Shown piece by piece: positions 22,065 to 33,535 of a stretch of DNA of 35,008 nucleotides (position 1 is the stretch's first letter; each line of letters begins with the position of its first letter). The notes under the pieces were generated by a model. The model saw only the letters and a program-made list of their open reading frames with translations. It was not told the DNA's origin and did no database searches. Both the position numbers and the translations under genes were made by a program. Origin of the DNA: Octopus bimaculoides (Eukaryota). Location of the stretch: NCBI RefSeq assembly GCF_001194135.2, contig NC_068981.1, forward strand, positions 77,249,305 through 77,284,312. Direction: 5' to 3'.

Positions 22065-22471
22065 GTAAGTCGTTCTAAACGTAACCATCTTATTCTCAGG
22101 CCGTCGGGATCCTGTTATCTAATGTGTTATTCTTTGTTTAAGATGATAATGATAAAGAGTGATTTGAGGGAGATTTCGATGATAATTTTAGTAGGTGGAA
22201 CCGCCGCAAAGAATTCCCTTCGTTGACGAAGTGTTGATTCTATGATTTATTCTATTTAATTAAACGTAAATAGGTTTCGTGAATATATGATGAAAAGAGC
22301 TCCAGCCGCGAGCTTCCAATTGTTTGGTATCGGGTATCTGGATACATTATCAAATGTGCTCTTTTTGTCATAATTAGATGTGATTACAAGGAAATTATTC
22401 AGTTATTTGTGTTATGTAATTCCTATGACAACTTTCCATCTGTCTGTAAAGCAGGTGTCATTTGAAGGTAA

Positions 22472-22868
22472 GTGGAGGTGCAATGGCTCAGTGGTTAGGG
22501 CAGCGGACTCGCGGTCATAGGATCGCGGTTTCGATTCCCAGACCGGGCGTTGTAAGTGTTTATTGAGCGAAAACACCTAAAGCTCCACGAGGTTCCGGCA
22601 GAGGATGGTGTCGAACCCTGCTGTACTCTTCCACCACAACTTTCTTTCACTCTTACTTCCTGTTTCTGTCGTACCTGTATTTCAAAGGGCCAGCCTTATC
22701 ACATTCTGTGTCACGCTGAATGTCCCCGAGAACTACGTTAAGGGTACACGTGTCTGTGGAGTGCTCAGCCACTTGCACGTTAATTTCACGAGCAGACTGT
22801 TCCGTTGATCGGATCAATTGGAACCCTCGTCGTCGTAAGCGACGGAGTGCCAACTAACTAACTAACTA
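22472..22868 (+). mobile_element. Full-length tRNA-derived SINE, family D (OR1-like), with (AACT)n tail and 12-bp target-site duplication
   Basis: A box TGGCTCAGTGGTT, B box GGTTTCGATTCCC; ATTTGAAGGTAA at 22460-22471 and 22869-22880. The OR1 name is from memory. Confidence 0.9.
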
Positions 22869-23686
22869 ATTTGAAGGTAAATCTTACCGCCACAAACAGT
22901 GTCGATACTGTATAACTAACAGATATTCTGCTAGGGTTATATCATTGAAGGGATGGAACTCCTCTAAGTTGACCTGCTTTTGTTCGTTGCACACTTTCAA
23001 TTAGTTACAGAATTCGATTCAGTATACAAAGGGAGCTATATATGGGGAAATGTTGTCATATGAGAAAAATAGTACTTCTAATACAATAAAAATTTCACAA
23101 GCACGTACACACACACACGTTGCCTCGCTTTTTATAGCTGATACGATATTTATTCAGCAGACTCGATTTAAAGCATTTCACTTTTAAGACAGAACACAAT
23201 ATTAACATATTTGTTGCAGTCATTATTAATGCTATTAACAGCACAGATATTATGTTTCCCACACCTTAGAAAGTTGGGATGTTATTTATGACTATGAGCT
23301 TACACATTATTAATGAGCTGCTATTTTAAATATTAGGTTCAAGGCGGAAGATACTGACAACTCATTCTTTATAGATGTTACATACAAAAATAAATCCTCA
23401 GTTAAACAGCAATCAGTTATGGGAATATCTTTATTGTTGTTTTTATATTTCACCGAAATGTAATCGATTCGCTGACGATAAAATGGAGTTGGTTCATATC
23501 CTCTCACCAGTATTCTGTTATATACATGGTCAAAAGACTTAGATCTTTATAGTGATATCTGAATGCATGCATTTAGTAAAGACCGGTGCTGTTCATATTA
23601 ATATTTAGCGTTAGCACAGTAAAATTATATGGGAAGTTCTCTGTTGGCAATATTTAGCTGATCCTCATATAGATATATCTTGGAGA

Positions 23687-23710
23687 TCTATCTATCTATC
23701 TATCTATCTA

Positions 23711-23746
<36 letters not shown>

Positions 23747-23756
23747 NNNNNNNNNN

Positions 23757-23798
<42 letters not shown>
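23687..23798. repeat. (ATCT)n-(CT)n-[10 N]-(TA)n compound microsatellite
   Basis: Directly visible; N run at 23747-23756. Confidence 0.95.
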
Positions 23799-23801
<3 letters not shown>

Positions 23802-24388
23802 TCCTAGATTTCTAAATGTGCTCGTAAAAACAGTAATAATTTTAGTTGAAACCTTTTCATCATAAGTCAGGTCACGAACTAAACGACTATGTGGTCATTT
23901 GATCTGATAGAAATAGGAGTCAAACATCCGATAGCTCAACCTCCACTGTTCTAAATGCGCTAAAGGCGCATTAGATAATGTAGATATAAGTAGCTGTAAA
24001 ATGACACGGCCATCAAGACTGTAAAGTTGTGGGAGATGTAACGTCTCATTGACGGCTCAGCTCAGATAAAATGGCTAATACCACTACTGCTGCTACTACC
24101 ACTTCCAACACCACCGCCACTACCACAACCACTCTGAGGCCCACTATAAATCAACCCTGTTGGTACTTCCCACGGTTGAAACATTTTTCGGTTATTGTGT
24201 AACTATGGGAATAACGAAATGAAATATTGATTTATTTTTTCTTTTTTTTTCTTTTTTTTTTGATAAATGACTTCGACAAGTTCCAGGTTAAATACAAAAC
24301 AGTTTCAAACGAAAATAGAAAATAATATATATATATGTATATATGCATATATTTATATGTATTTGTATATATAAATGAATATATATAT

Positions 24389-25025
24389 NNNNNNNNNNNN
24401 NNNNNNNNNNNNNNNNNNNNNNNNNNNNNNNNNNNNNNNNNNNNNNNNNNNNNNNNNNNNNNNNNNNNNNNNNNNNNNNNNNNNNNNNNNNNNNNNNNNN
24501 NNNNNNNNNNNNNNNNNNNNNNNNNNNNNNNNNNNNNNNNNNNNNNNNNNNNNNNNNNNNNNNNNNNNNNNNNNNNNNNNNNNNNNNNNNNNNNNNNNNN
24601 NNNNNNNNNNNNNNNNNNNNNNNNNNNNNNNNNNNNNNNNNNNNNNNNNNNNNNNNNNNNNNNNNNNNNNNNNNNNNNNNNNNNNNNNNNNNNNNNNNNN
24701 NNNNNNNNNNNNNNNNNNNNNNNNNNNNNNNNNNNNNNNNNNNNNNNNNNNNNNNNNNNNNNNNNNNNNNNNNNNNNNNNNNNNNNNNNNNNNNNNNNNN
24801 NNNNNNNNNNNNNNNNNNNNNNNNNNNNNNNNNNNNNNNNNNNNNNNNNNNNNNNNNNNNNNNNNNNNNNNNNNNNNNNNNNNNNNNNNNNNNNNNNNNN
24901 NNNNNNNNNNNNNNNNNNNNNNNNNNNNNNNNNNNNNNNNNNNNNNNNNNNNNNNNNNNNNNNNNNNNNNNNNNNNNNNNNNNNNNNNNNNNNNNNNNNN
25001 NNNNNNNNNNNNNNNNNNNNNNNNN
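24389..25025. other. Assembly gap (N run)
   Basis: N run. Confidence 0.99.
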
Positions 25026-25147
25026 GTACTTATTCTATCGGTCCCTTATGCCGAACCGCTAAGTTACGGGGACATAAACACACCAGTATCGGTTGTCAAG
25101 CGATGTTGGGGGGACAAACACAGACACACAAACATATACACACATAC

Positions 25148-25192
<45 letters not shown>

Positions 25193-25341
25193 CATATATA
25201 CGACGGGCTTCTTTCAGTTTCCGTCTACCAAATCCACTCACAAGGCTTTGGTCGGCCCGAGGCTATAGTAGAAGATGCCACGCAGTGGGACTAAACCCGG
25301 TACCATGTGGTTGGTAAGCAAGCTACTTACCACACAGCCAC
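25026..25341 (-). mobile_element. SINE family A copy, 3' end lost in the gap
   Basis: Closely similar to 30240-30530; longer internal (TA)n. Confidence 0.9.
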
Positions 25342-26506
25342 ATATATATATACATGCCTTTATATGCCTACTTTAAAGTAGAATGGGAATGTCCATTGCG
25401 GCTACCAGATATCAACCGGGGTAGTGCACTTTCATTGCTGGACGTTCTCAAATAGATTAACTACTAACACGCATATTATACCATCATCATCTTGCCACAA
25501 ATATCAGCGAAATGTACATCTTATGACCCTGAACCGCTTTATGTGGCCTGAGGAGGTTTCTCCTGCATTATGGCGTGCATTTGATTCCATTATATAGTTC
25601 CCCTTGCATTAGGGTGCTGTGCAGAAGTAAGCCGAAACGATCGTTGTCCTAAATAAACCTTTCAGTACATATATATTGTGTGTGTGTGTGCATACTCACT
25701 GCAACTTGTGTGTGTTGTGTTCGTGAGTTTACATATGTGCATATGTGTCTACCAGCCAGAAAACGTCACTATAATAGTTGTTGTAACTGTCTTTTAGTAT
25801 GAAAAAATTGTCAATTGGAAATATGTGTTCAGTAAAATTTCACTTTATCTTTATCCATGAGTATTTTATTTAATACTTTATATTGGATTAATGTTTTTTT
25901 GTAACATGAATTTCTCATTCGACTTTCTGATAAATAAATGTATGCGCATGTGTGTGTGTGCTTGTGTGTGTTGGTGTGTGTGTTTGTGTCTGTGTGTGTT
26001 TGTGTCTGTGTGTGTTTCTTGCGAAAATCAAAAACCGAAAACACCGAAATAAGTTCGCAAACACTACTATTCGACTGTCGCTTGAGAGAAGGAAATGAGT
26101 AAATAACTTCAACTTTTCGGACACTGCCCTGCTTCGGAGAGTAGGAAAAAGAGAAGGAAAGACGAAGAGAAACTAGAGTATAGATGAAGAATAAAAAAAG
26201 AGGAGAGTAATTCTATATAGACAAACCACGAGTTACTCGTATGCTTGGTTGACTGCTGTTTAACAGGAAATAAAGCTCAGAGAAATTGGGGTCGTTTTTC
26301 ACGGGAGAGCGAACCAGAGGACAAGCGAGCATTTGTGTGCATGTTGGTGAATGTGTATGCGTGTATGCATCTTTTTGCGTGAATGAATAAGTAGTTATCT
26401 TGTGTGTGATCAATATGAGTTGCATGCTTGTGTATGTCTACTGTATGTATAAATCTGAGTGTAAGTGTGTGTGTATACGTGTACCTGCGCACACGTGTGT
26501 CATGTA

Positions 26507-26511
<5 letters not shown>

Positions 26512-26540
<29 letters not shown>

Positions 26541-26576
26541 NNNNNNNNNNNNNNNNNNNNNNNNNNNNNNNNNNNN
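26512..26576. repeat. (TG)n running into a 36-nt N gap (26541-26576)
   Basis: Directly visible. Confidence 0.95.
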
Positions 26577-27732
26577 GTTGTAAGTTCGCTTATGCTTTCG
26601 TATGCTTAGTAATACCTGAAATAATAATTATTGAATTCAATGTCCATAGACATCTACATGTTCTATGTACGTTTTTGCAGATGTATGTATGTGCTTGTGT
26701 ATCTGTTATGTGTACAGGACTAAGTGTATCTGTATGTAGGTACAGAAATGTGTTTCGTATTGTAATATGTGTATGTGTGTGTGTCCATATATTTGATACG
26801 AATATTGTTATGTTTTATGTCATTAATGGCTGATTTCGTATGTTGTGTGCGCGAGAGTGTGTAGGGGAGATGTGAGCGGAAAAGGGGTTAGTAATCGATG
26901 CGGATGAGGTGTAAGTTTGGATAGAAAATTAAAAGACTTTTCTGTGAAGCCTAGTGGATGTACTGTGCAGGACGAATCTAAATATTGTGAGATGTTCTGT
27001 TGAGATAAATGTGAAGCGCAAATGGCGCGTGTCAAATGTCTCTTATCCGTGCGGATATAACGAGGGTCTTTGACGAATCTTCCAGTTGACGAATCTGCAA
27101 GTTGTTACAGAGGGAAGATGACACAGGTAGATGTGCACGTGAAATAACCAGCAGAAGATGACACAGGTAGAGGTGCTCGTGAAGTAATCAGAAATGTGGA
27201 TGGTGGGATGATTGACTTTTCTAATATAGGTAGTGTTATTAAAGAATGGATGGGAGTGAAAACGGGGAAGATTCAGGGGATGTAGGAGAACTGAATGATA
27301 AAGCGCTATGGACCAGTAAATCACTTATGGACCAGTACCACCGACTGAATTAGATAAGAAGTGGATTATGAATGGGGAAAGAAATGGGATCAGACTGGAA
27401 GAAACAGAGATCACCTATATTCATATGGTGGAGGGATATAATGAGATAATGGAATTGGAGTGGAAAATAAAAGCAGATGAGAATAGGATGATTGCAGGGA
27501 AAGCGGTAAGAAGTACAGTCTTTTTGGTTGGCTCGGGTGAGTGTGGTTTGTATTATGACGGCTGCTATCCACGTAAACGAAAGAGACGTAATATATATTC
27601 TGTGAGACACAAAGTCACTGTCACGGTTGCAGAAATTAACGAGATGGGTGAGTCAGAATTAAGGATTTGGCCAGTAAAAGTTTGTTAGTATTTTAAAACT
27701 AGCATGTAAATAATAACTTTAATATAACATTT

Positions 27733-27922
27733 TGTCGTAGGGAATTAGTAATAACAGTACACTCCTCTCACGTAAGGAACGGAATAACTTAGTCATCATA
27801 AGTAAAGAGAAGTGCGTGAAGTACCAAGTACATAGTAGACGGTCGTGTCTTTACTGGTTTTACTAAGTATACCGTTTAACGAAGTGGGTGTTATAACAAT
27901 CCAACATTTTAAGGATATAACA
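27733..27922 (+). repeat. 5' LTR (190 bp)
   Basis: TGTCGTAGGGAATTAGTAATA..TAACAATCCAACATTTTAAGGATATAACA aligns with 32680-32921. Confidence 0.85.
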
Positions 27923-27923
27923 G

Positions 27924-27933
27924 TGGCGACGCG
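27924..27933 (+). promoter_or_regulatory. Primer-binding site (TGGCGACGCG)
   Basis: TGG-initiated, one base after the LTR's terminal CA. Confidence 0.7.
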
Positions 27934-28144
27934 ATTCTAAACAACTCACGAAGAATTAATAAAATTGATAAGGATAAACGAATTAATGTTGAGTTAATAG
28001 AAACTCGGAGATAAACTTACAAAAGTTTTTACCGTGCGAATTTTATGAAAAAAAAATCCTAAACTTACGGGAAATGTGTTGGCCAGTTTGCTCGATTTGC
28101 AAAAAAAAAAAAAAATAGCAAAAACAGTGACTGAAAGAACAACA

Positions 28145-29060
28145 TCACCAAGATGTAACTGCAAGAGTAACAACAGAAGCTACAACAACAACAAATAATA
28201 TTACAGCAACAAATGCTGCTATTGCTGAAGTCATAAGGAAAGTCAGAAAAAGTGTTCTCGCCAGACTATGTCGCGAACTTCATAACAGAGTTCAAATACG
28301 AACCTGACGAAGGAGCTATATTCGAAGCATACTACAGAAGATATGAGCAAATCTTTGAGAAAGGATGTAAAGATTGGGTCGACGAGATGAAAACACGCTT
28401 CATCTTGAGAAAACTGGCGGCGACAGAACATAAACGATACAGTTATTATGCACTCCAAAGACAACCTTCGAACATAGACTTTAATGACACAATATATTGT
28501 GTAAAATTTTCAGTGAAAAATGCTCATTGAACAACACACATTGGAAGTGTCTGAACACAGAGAAAAACAACGACGAGAACTATGTCACATATGCTGGTTA
28601 AGTTAACAAGGAATGCGAGAAGTTTATGCTGGACGAATTAACGCTACATATTTTCAAATGCCTGATTTTTACACAGGGACTTATTGCCGAAAAGGACGCA
28701 GAAGTTAGAACTAGAACTCTCTCAAAGCTGGGACAAAACCAGAGTGTAACCCTAGAGCAAGTGTCAGAAGACTGTGAATGGATATTCAAATAAGACACGA
28801 CACAGAGGAATTTGAATGTAAAGATTGTTTCCAAGCAAAGCAAGCACGAACTAGTCAGAATAGTGATGAAGTATTTTCCAATAAACACTACAAAAGTCAC
28901 GAAATAAACCCATGTTTTGCATGTGAAGGTATGCAACTGACGAACAGTTTTCTATTTAAAAAAGCGGAATGTTTTCGTTGTGGAAATATAGGATATAAAA
29001 AGACGCACTATAGAACGAAAATGAAAAAAACATCAGAAGAAAAGAAAAATAATAAATAGT
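28145..29060 (+). pseudogene. Gypsy gag remnant
   Basis: ITEFKYEPDEGAIFEAYYRRYEQIF and degenerate knuckle CFRCGNIGYKKTH; stops and frameshifts. Start is approximate. Confidence 0.8.
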
Positions 29061-29079
29061 GTATCATCAGAAGAAATTG

Positions 29080-32000
29080 GTAATATAACGATGAGGAAAT
29101 TCGTGAATGTGAAAATCAGAAACACAAGTGTTAAAATGCAATTGAACACTGGTAGTGATATCACTATTTTAAACGATATAACTTGGAAATATATCGGTAA
29201 GTTGAAATGAATTAGATCAAAAAAAGGTAGCACATGGTGTTACGGGAAAAAACATATTTTTTCGATAAATTCGTAGGTAGTGTAACACTTCGAGGCCTAA
29301 CGAAAAAGGCAAAGATATACGTATTAAAAGTTTCACTTAATTTATTGGCCACAGAGTGGATGGAACTATTCAAATTGTGGGATACGCCCATAAGCGTTCT
29401 GTGTGGAAATATAGTTGGGTCTTTCAAAGGTTCAAATGAGGACGAAGGACTTGAAGAAAAAATTTTTAAATTATTTCCAGATGTTTCTTGGAAGAATTGA
29501 GTTGTACAAAAACAAAAGGTTAAGATTGTTGTAAAGCAAGGTACATCATCTGTATTTAGGCCAAATAAGAATGTAACAATCGTAGCAATAGACCAGGTTA
29601 ACAAAGAACTTGAAAGACTGGAAAGTCTTGGTTTAATTGAAAAGACGGACCATGCAGACTGGACAGCACCGACGGTTTGCGTGAAAAAGAAGAATAACAA
29701 GCTAAGAGTTTGTACAGATTTTTAAACAGGATTGAATAATTGTTTAGTCGCACATAAATTCCCACTGCCGACCCGGAGGAAGTGTTTGTAAAATTGAATG
29801 GAGGGAAAATCTTCTCAAAATTAGACTTCTCGGCGGCATATCCGCAAATACAATTAGAACAAGAATGCTCACATTTATTAATGATTAATACACACCGTGG
29901 CTTATTCAAATTTAAGCGGTTTCCCTTCGGTGTAAAAGTGGCTCGTGCCATATTTCAGCAAGTAATAAATGCAATGCTGAGTGATTGTGATTTCGCTAGC
30001 GCCTATCTAGACGATATCTTAATAAAGAGTGAATCACAGGTGCAACACTTTGAACACGTTAAAAGAGTATTTGAGAAAATAATCGAATACGGGTTCGAGT
30101 TACAGGAAGGAAAATGTGCGTTCATACTCTTACTCTCTTTTACTCTTTTATGTGTTTCAGTTATTTGACTGCGGCCTTGCTGGGGCACCGCCTTTAGTCG
30201 AGCAAATCGACCACAGGAATTATTCTTTGTAAGTCTAGTACTTATTCTATGGGGCTCTTTTGCCGAACCGCTAAGTTACGGGGACGTAAACACGCCAGCA
30301 TCGGTTGTCAAGCGATGTTGGGGGGACAAACACAGACACACAAACATATACACACACATACATATATATACATATATACGACGGGCTTCTTTCAGTTTCC
30401 GTCTACTAAATCCACTCACAAGGCTTTGGTCGGCCCGAGGCTATAGTAGAAGACACTTGCCCAAGGTGCTACGCAGTGGGACTGAACCCAGAACCATGTG
30501 GTTGGTAAGCAAGCTACTTATCACACACCCACTCCTTATCACACAGTCACTCTTGTTGAATAAAATTAAATACTTAAGACAAGTAATTGACAAAGACAGG
30601 AAAAAACCAGATCCATTAAATGTAACGGCGATAAAGAATATGCCCACATGAAAGAAAAGTAATTATGCTGCAGGCATTTTTAAGTTTGATAAATTATTAA
30701 CAAATATTCATTCCAAACATACATAATGTAAGGGCTCCGTTCAATCATCTGCTGAAAAAGTATACAAAATGGTGTTGGTCGGATAAATACAAGAAGGCGT
30801 GCGACGAATTATGAATTATTCTAACATCGGATTTATCATTGAGACATTTCGATCCAAAGTTACTATACTGGTTACAGATGCAAGTACGGTGTAGGAACCG
30901 TACATTTGCACAAATACGACGATGGCAATAAAAAGGTTATAGCCCATGGGTTAAAGTCGTTATGGCCAACCGAAAATAATTATAGTCAGGTAGAAAAAGA
31001 GGCGTTGGCAATCATATTTGGTGTCAAGAAGTTCCATAGATTTATCCATGGAAGACGTTTCTGTTTGCAAACCGATCACTGCTGACAACTTATGGTTCCA
31101 AAAAAAGGAATCCCAACGCACACAGCAAATAGACGGCAGTGATGTGGCACTATACTATTAAATTATGACTACAGAATGGAGTACTTACTGTCGAAAAAAA
31201 CAAGGGGATGTGGATGGTTTGTCCAGACTGATACCAAAACACAGCTAGCCATTCGAAGAGACGCTAATCACAGCTCTAAGAGCAGAAGGTGAAATGAAAA
31301 ATGTGATGCTGAACATGGTACGAGAGTTGTCGGTGTCCCTGGAGCATAAAAAGCGGAATGCGGTAAAAGGCAAGTTTATGAAGCAAGCAAAAAGAACACT
31401 GGTCAACAAAAAGAACACTGAGGTCAGCAAAAGAAAATAGGAGGAGGTTTGGTGCGAAACAAAACCAAGACATGAACTTATACTCAAAGTGTTATGGTGT
31501 ACTGATGTATGCACAGAGAGTAGTGATACCGGAAACGCTACAAAAGAAAACGTTCAGAGAATTTCACGTTGGACATCCAGGTATTTCAAGGATGAAAGCT
31601 TTAGTGCGCAGTTATGTATACTGGCCAAAAATAAACAGAGAAATCGAAAATTTGGTGAAAGGCTGTAGAGGATGTGCTCTAGCAGCAAAATTATCCACTA
31701 TAAAAATTGAACCACGACCAAAAGTAGATGTTCTGTTGTCGAGACTACACATCGATTTCGCTGGTCCTTTAAATGGTCCTCCTTCTAAGTGGCAGTTGAT
31801 AGTTTCTCTAAATGACCTGAAATTTGTAAGTGTAAAAAAACAACCGCCTCAACTGTAGTAAATTTTTTATACGAATTGTTTGCAATGTTGGCATCCCAGA
31901 CAAAATAGAGTCTGAAAATAGAACGCAATTTGTGTCTAGCAATTTTTTTTAATTTCGTGAAACTTTCGCCGTAGAACATATACCTATTGTGCCATACTAT

Positions 32001-32548
32001 CCCAAATTTAACGGATAAGTAGAACGCTTTGTCGATATTTTCAAAAGAGCCCTTAGAAAATTGAATAAGCAAATCACGGATGAGGTAGCTCTGCATCAAT
32101 TCTTCAGAATGTACCGCGTGACACCAAATCCGAATACATTAGCAGGTAACTCATCAGCGGAGCTGATGTTTGCAAGGAAAGTAAAATCAGTATTTGATAA
32201 ATTTCTACCTGGCATGAAAAGAAAAGTGCCAAGAAAACATAGCAAGATTCTTTAAAGTTGGTGCAAAAGGTTTATATGCGGGTATACAAGAATGGGAAAC
32301 AGGGTTGGGAAGATGGCGCAATTACCAAATGCATAGGTAAAATGATGTATTGGGTAAAAAGTAGCAAAGTCATACAAGAGAGACAGAGGAACCAACTGAA
32401 AAAGAGATTCGCGAAAAGCGAACCAAAGAATTTGAAGGAACCGATGGAATGGTTGTACGATGCATTCCAAGTACCAACGCCACTGCAGGTCATTGAACTC
32501 AAGTGTAGAAGTGAGAGGAAAAGAAAACACACAGTTCCTGAAAATTGA
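29080..32548 (+). pseudogene. Gypsy pol remnant (protease, RT, RNase H, integrase), interrupted by a SINE
   Basis: LNTGSDITI (protease site, D>N), FSKLDFSAAYPQI, FPFG, YLDDILI, EKEALAIIFGVKKFH, HVGHPG..CRGC, HIDFAGP. Confidence 0.92.
30124..30552 (-). mobile_element. SINE family A copy inserted in Gypsy RT
   Basis: RT reads GKCAF before and LLNKIKYLRQVID after the insert; the insert matches 3171-3582 and 25026-25341. Confidence 0.92.
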
Positions 32549-32679
32549 TGCCAAGCGCAAAAAATATTAAATTGTACGAAAAGAAAAAAATTAACTAAAA
32601 AATCAGAGGTTGGGGTGAATATAACAAATATTATTGCTAAATAAAATGACACTTCCTCAGAAAAACTTAAAATGGGAGA

Positions 32680-32921
32680 TGTTTTAGGGAATTGGTAATA
32701 TTGGCACACCACTCCCATATGACCAATGGAATAACCTAGTCACTATAAGTAAAGAAAAACACATGAATTACCATAGTACAGAGCTGGGCCTTGTGCCTAG
32801 GGTAGAAAAGAATAGTTCATAGTAGGTGGTCAGTGATAGTTGTGTCTTTGCTGGTTTTGCTAAGTACACTGTATACAAAACTGGGCGTTGTAACAATCCA
32901 ACATTTTAAAGATATAAAACA
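32680..32921 (+). repeat. 3' LTR (242 bp), preceded by PPT-like AAAATGGGAGA
   Basis: TGTTTTAGGGAATTGGTAATA..TAACAATCCAACATTTTAAAGATATAAAACA; aligns with the 5' LTR. Confidence 0.85.
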
Positions 32922-33189
32922 TGCACTTTCGTTTTTTTCAGAAAGGAAAGTTCCAAAAAAACAGGCTGTGAAACTAATAGAGATGCAAATCTTCGAAACT
33001 TCATTCTCGATTAAAAGTATACCTATACAAACAATGAAGACTGTCTTAAATTTTTATTACAGAAAACAGTAAATTTCGTGGAAAGAAGAAAATGAAAAAT
33101 CTATTTATTCGAGAAAAACTCAACTGACAAATCAGATAACATAATTATGGACCGCAAACAACAAAATCTCCTCCCACCCATGTTCTCAT

Positions 33190-33325
33190 CCAGCTCTTAA
33201 CATGATAACCTTAAATTCAAAAAATACATTAACAAATTCTAAGATGACCTACACAAAAAAATCAATGTTATAACAAAGAACATCTTCGTTAAATCGGATA
33301 AAACAAAGAATATTTATGAAGTTAA
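33190..33325 (+). mobile_element. Possible Penelope-like N-terminal fragment
   Basis: DDLHKKINVITKNIFVKSDKTKNIYEV resembles the (A/S)DKT..Y motif preceding PLE RT; short and degraded. Confidence 0.35.
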
Positions 33326-33344
33326 GAAGTCTGCTTACTACCTA

Positions 33345-33535
33345 CTTATATGTGTATTTATGTATGTGCGTATATAGGTATGTATGTATGTATGTATGTG
33401 TGTGCGTATGTGCACGTGTGCATACATACAAATATAAATATAGATATATGAATATGTACACGACATATCAGACATACACACACAAACACTCACATTGACA
33501 CACACACACACGCACACACACACACACACACACAC
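33345..33535. repeat. Compound (TATG)/(TG)/(TA)/(CA) microsatellite
   Basis: Directly visible. Confidence 0.9.

Larger units (their letters stand above)
27733..32921 (+). mobile_element. Decayed Ty3/Gypsy LTR retrotransposon (K02A2.6/Mag-like)
   Basis: Two TG..CA direct repeats, PBS-like and PPT-like sites, domain order gag-PR-RT-RH-IN. Confidence 0.92.

Noticed and set aside
22472-22550. tRNA gene (also 4893-4965 and heads of families A and C)
   Set aside because: A/B boxes are present but the sequence runs into SINE body and tail, with a TSD; no complete cloverleaf evident.
26228-26240. ACGAGT-T-ACTCGT palindrome (also TTTTCGAAAAATATTTCGAAAA at ~20760)
   Set aside because: 6-bp arms are expected by chance several times in 35 kb.
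7155-26833. Long ORFs spanning N runs (7155, 7178, 9312, 9436, 24335, 24375, 26400, 26465)
   Set aside because: Their length comes from untranslatable Ns and flanking microsatellites; only 9445-10551 has real (Dong) coding sequence.
27114-27193. CRISPR-like repeat
   Set aside because: Two diverged adjacent units without spacers, eukaryotic context, no cas genes.
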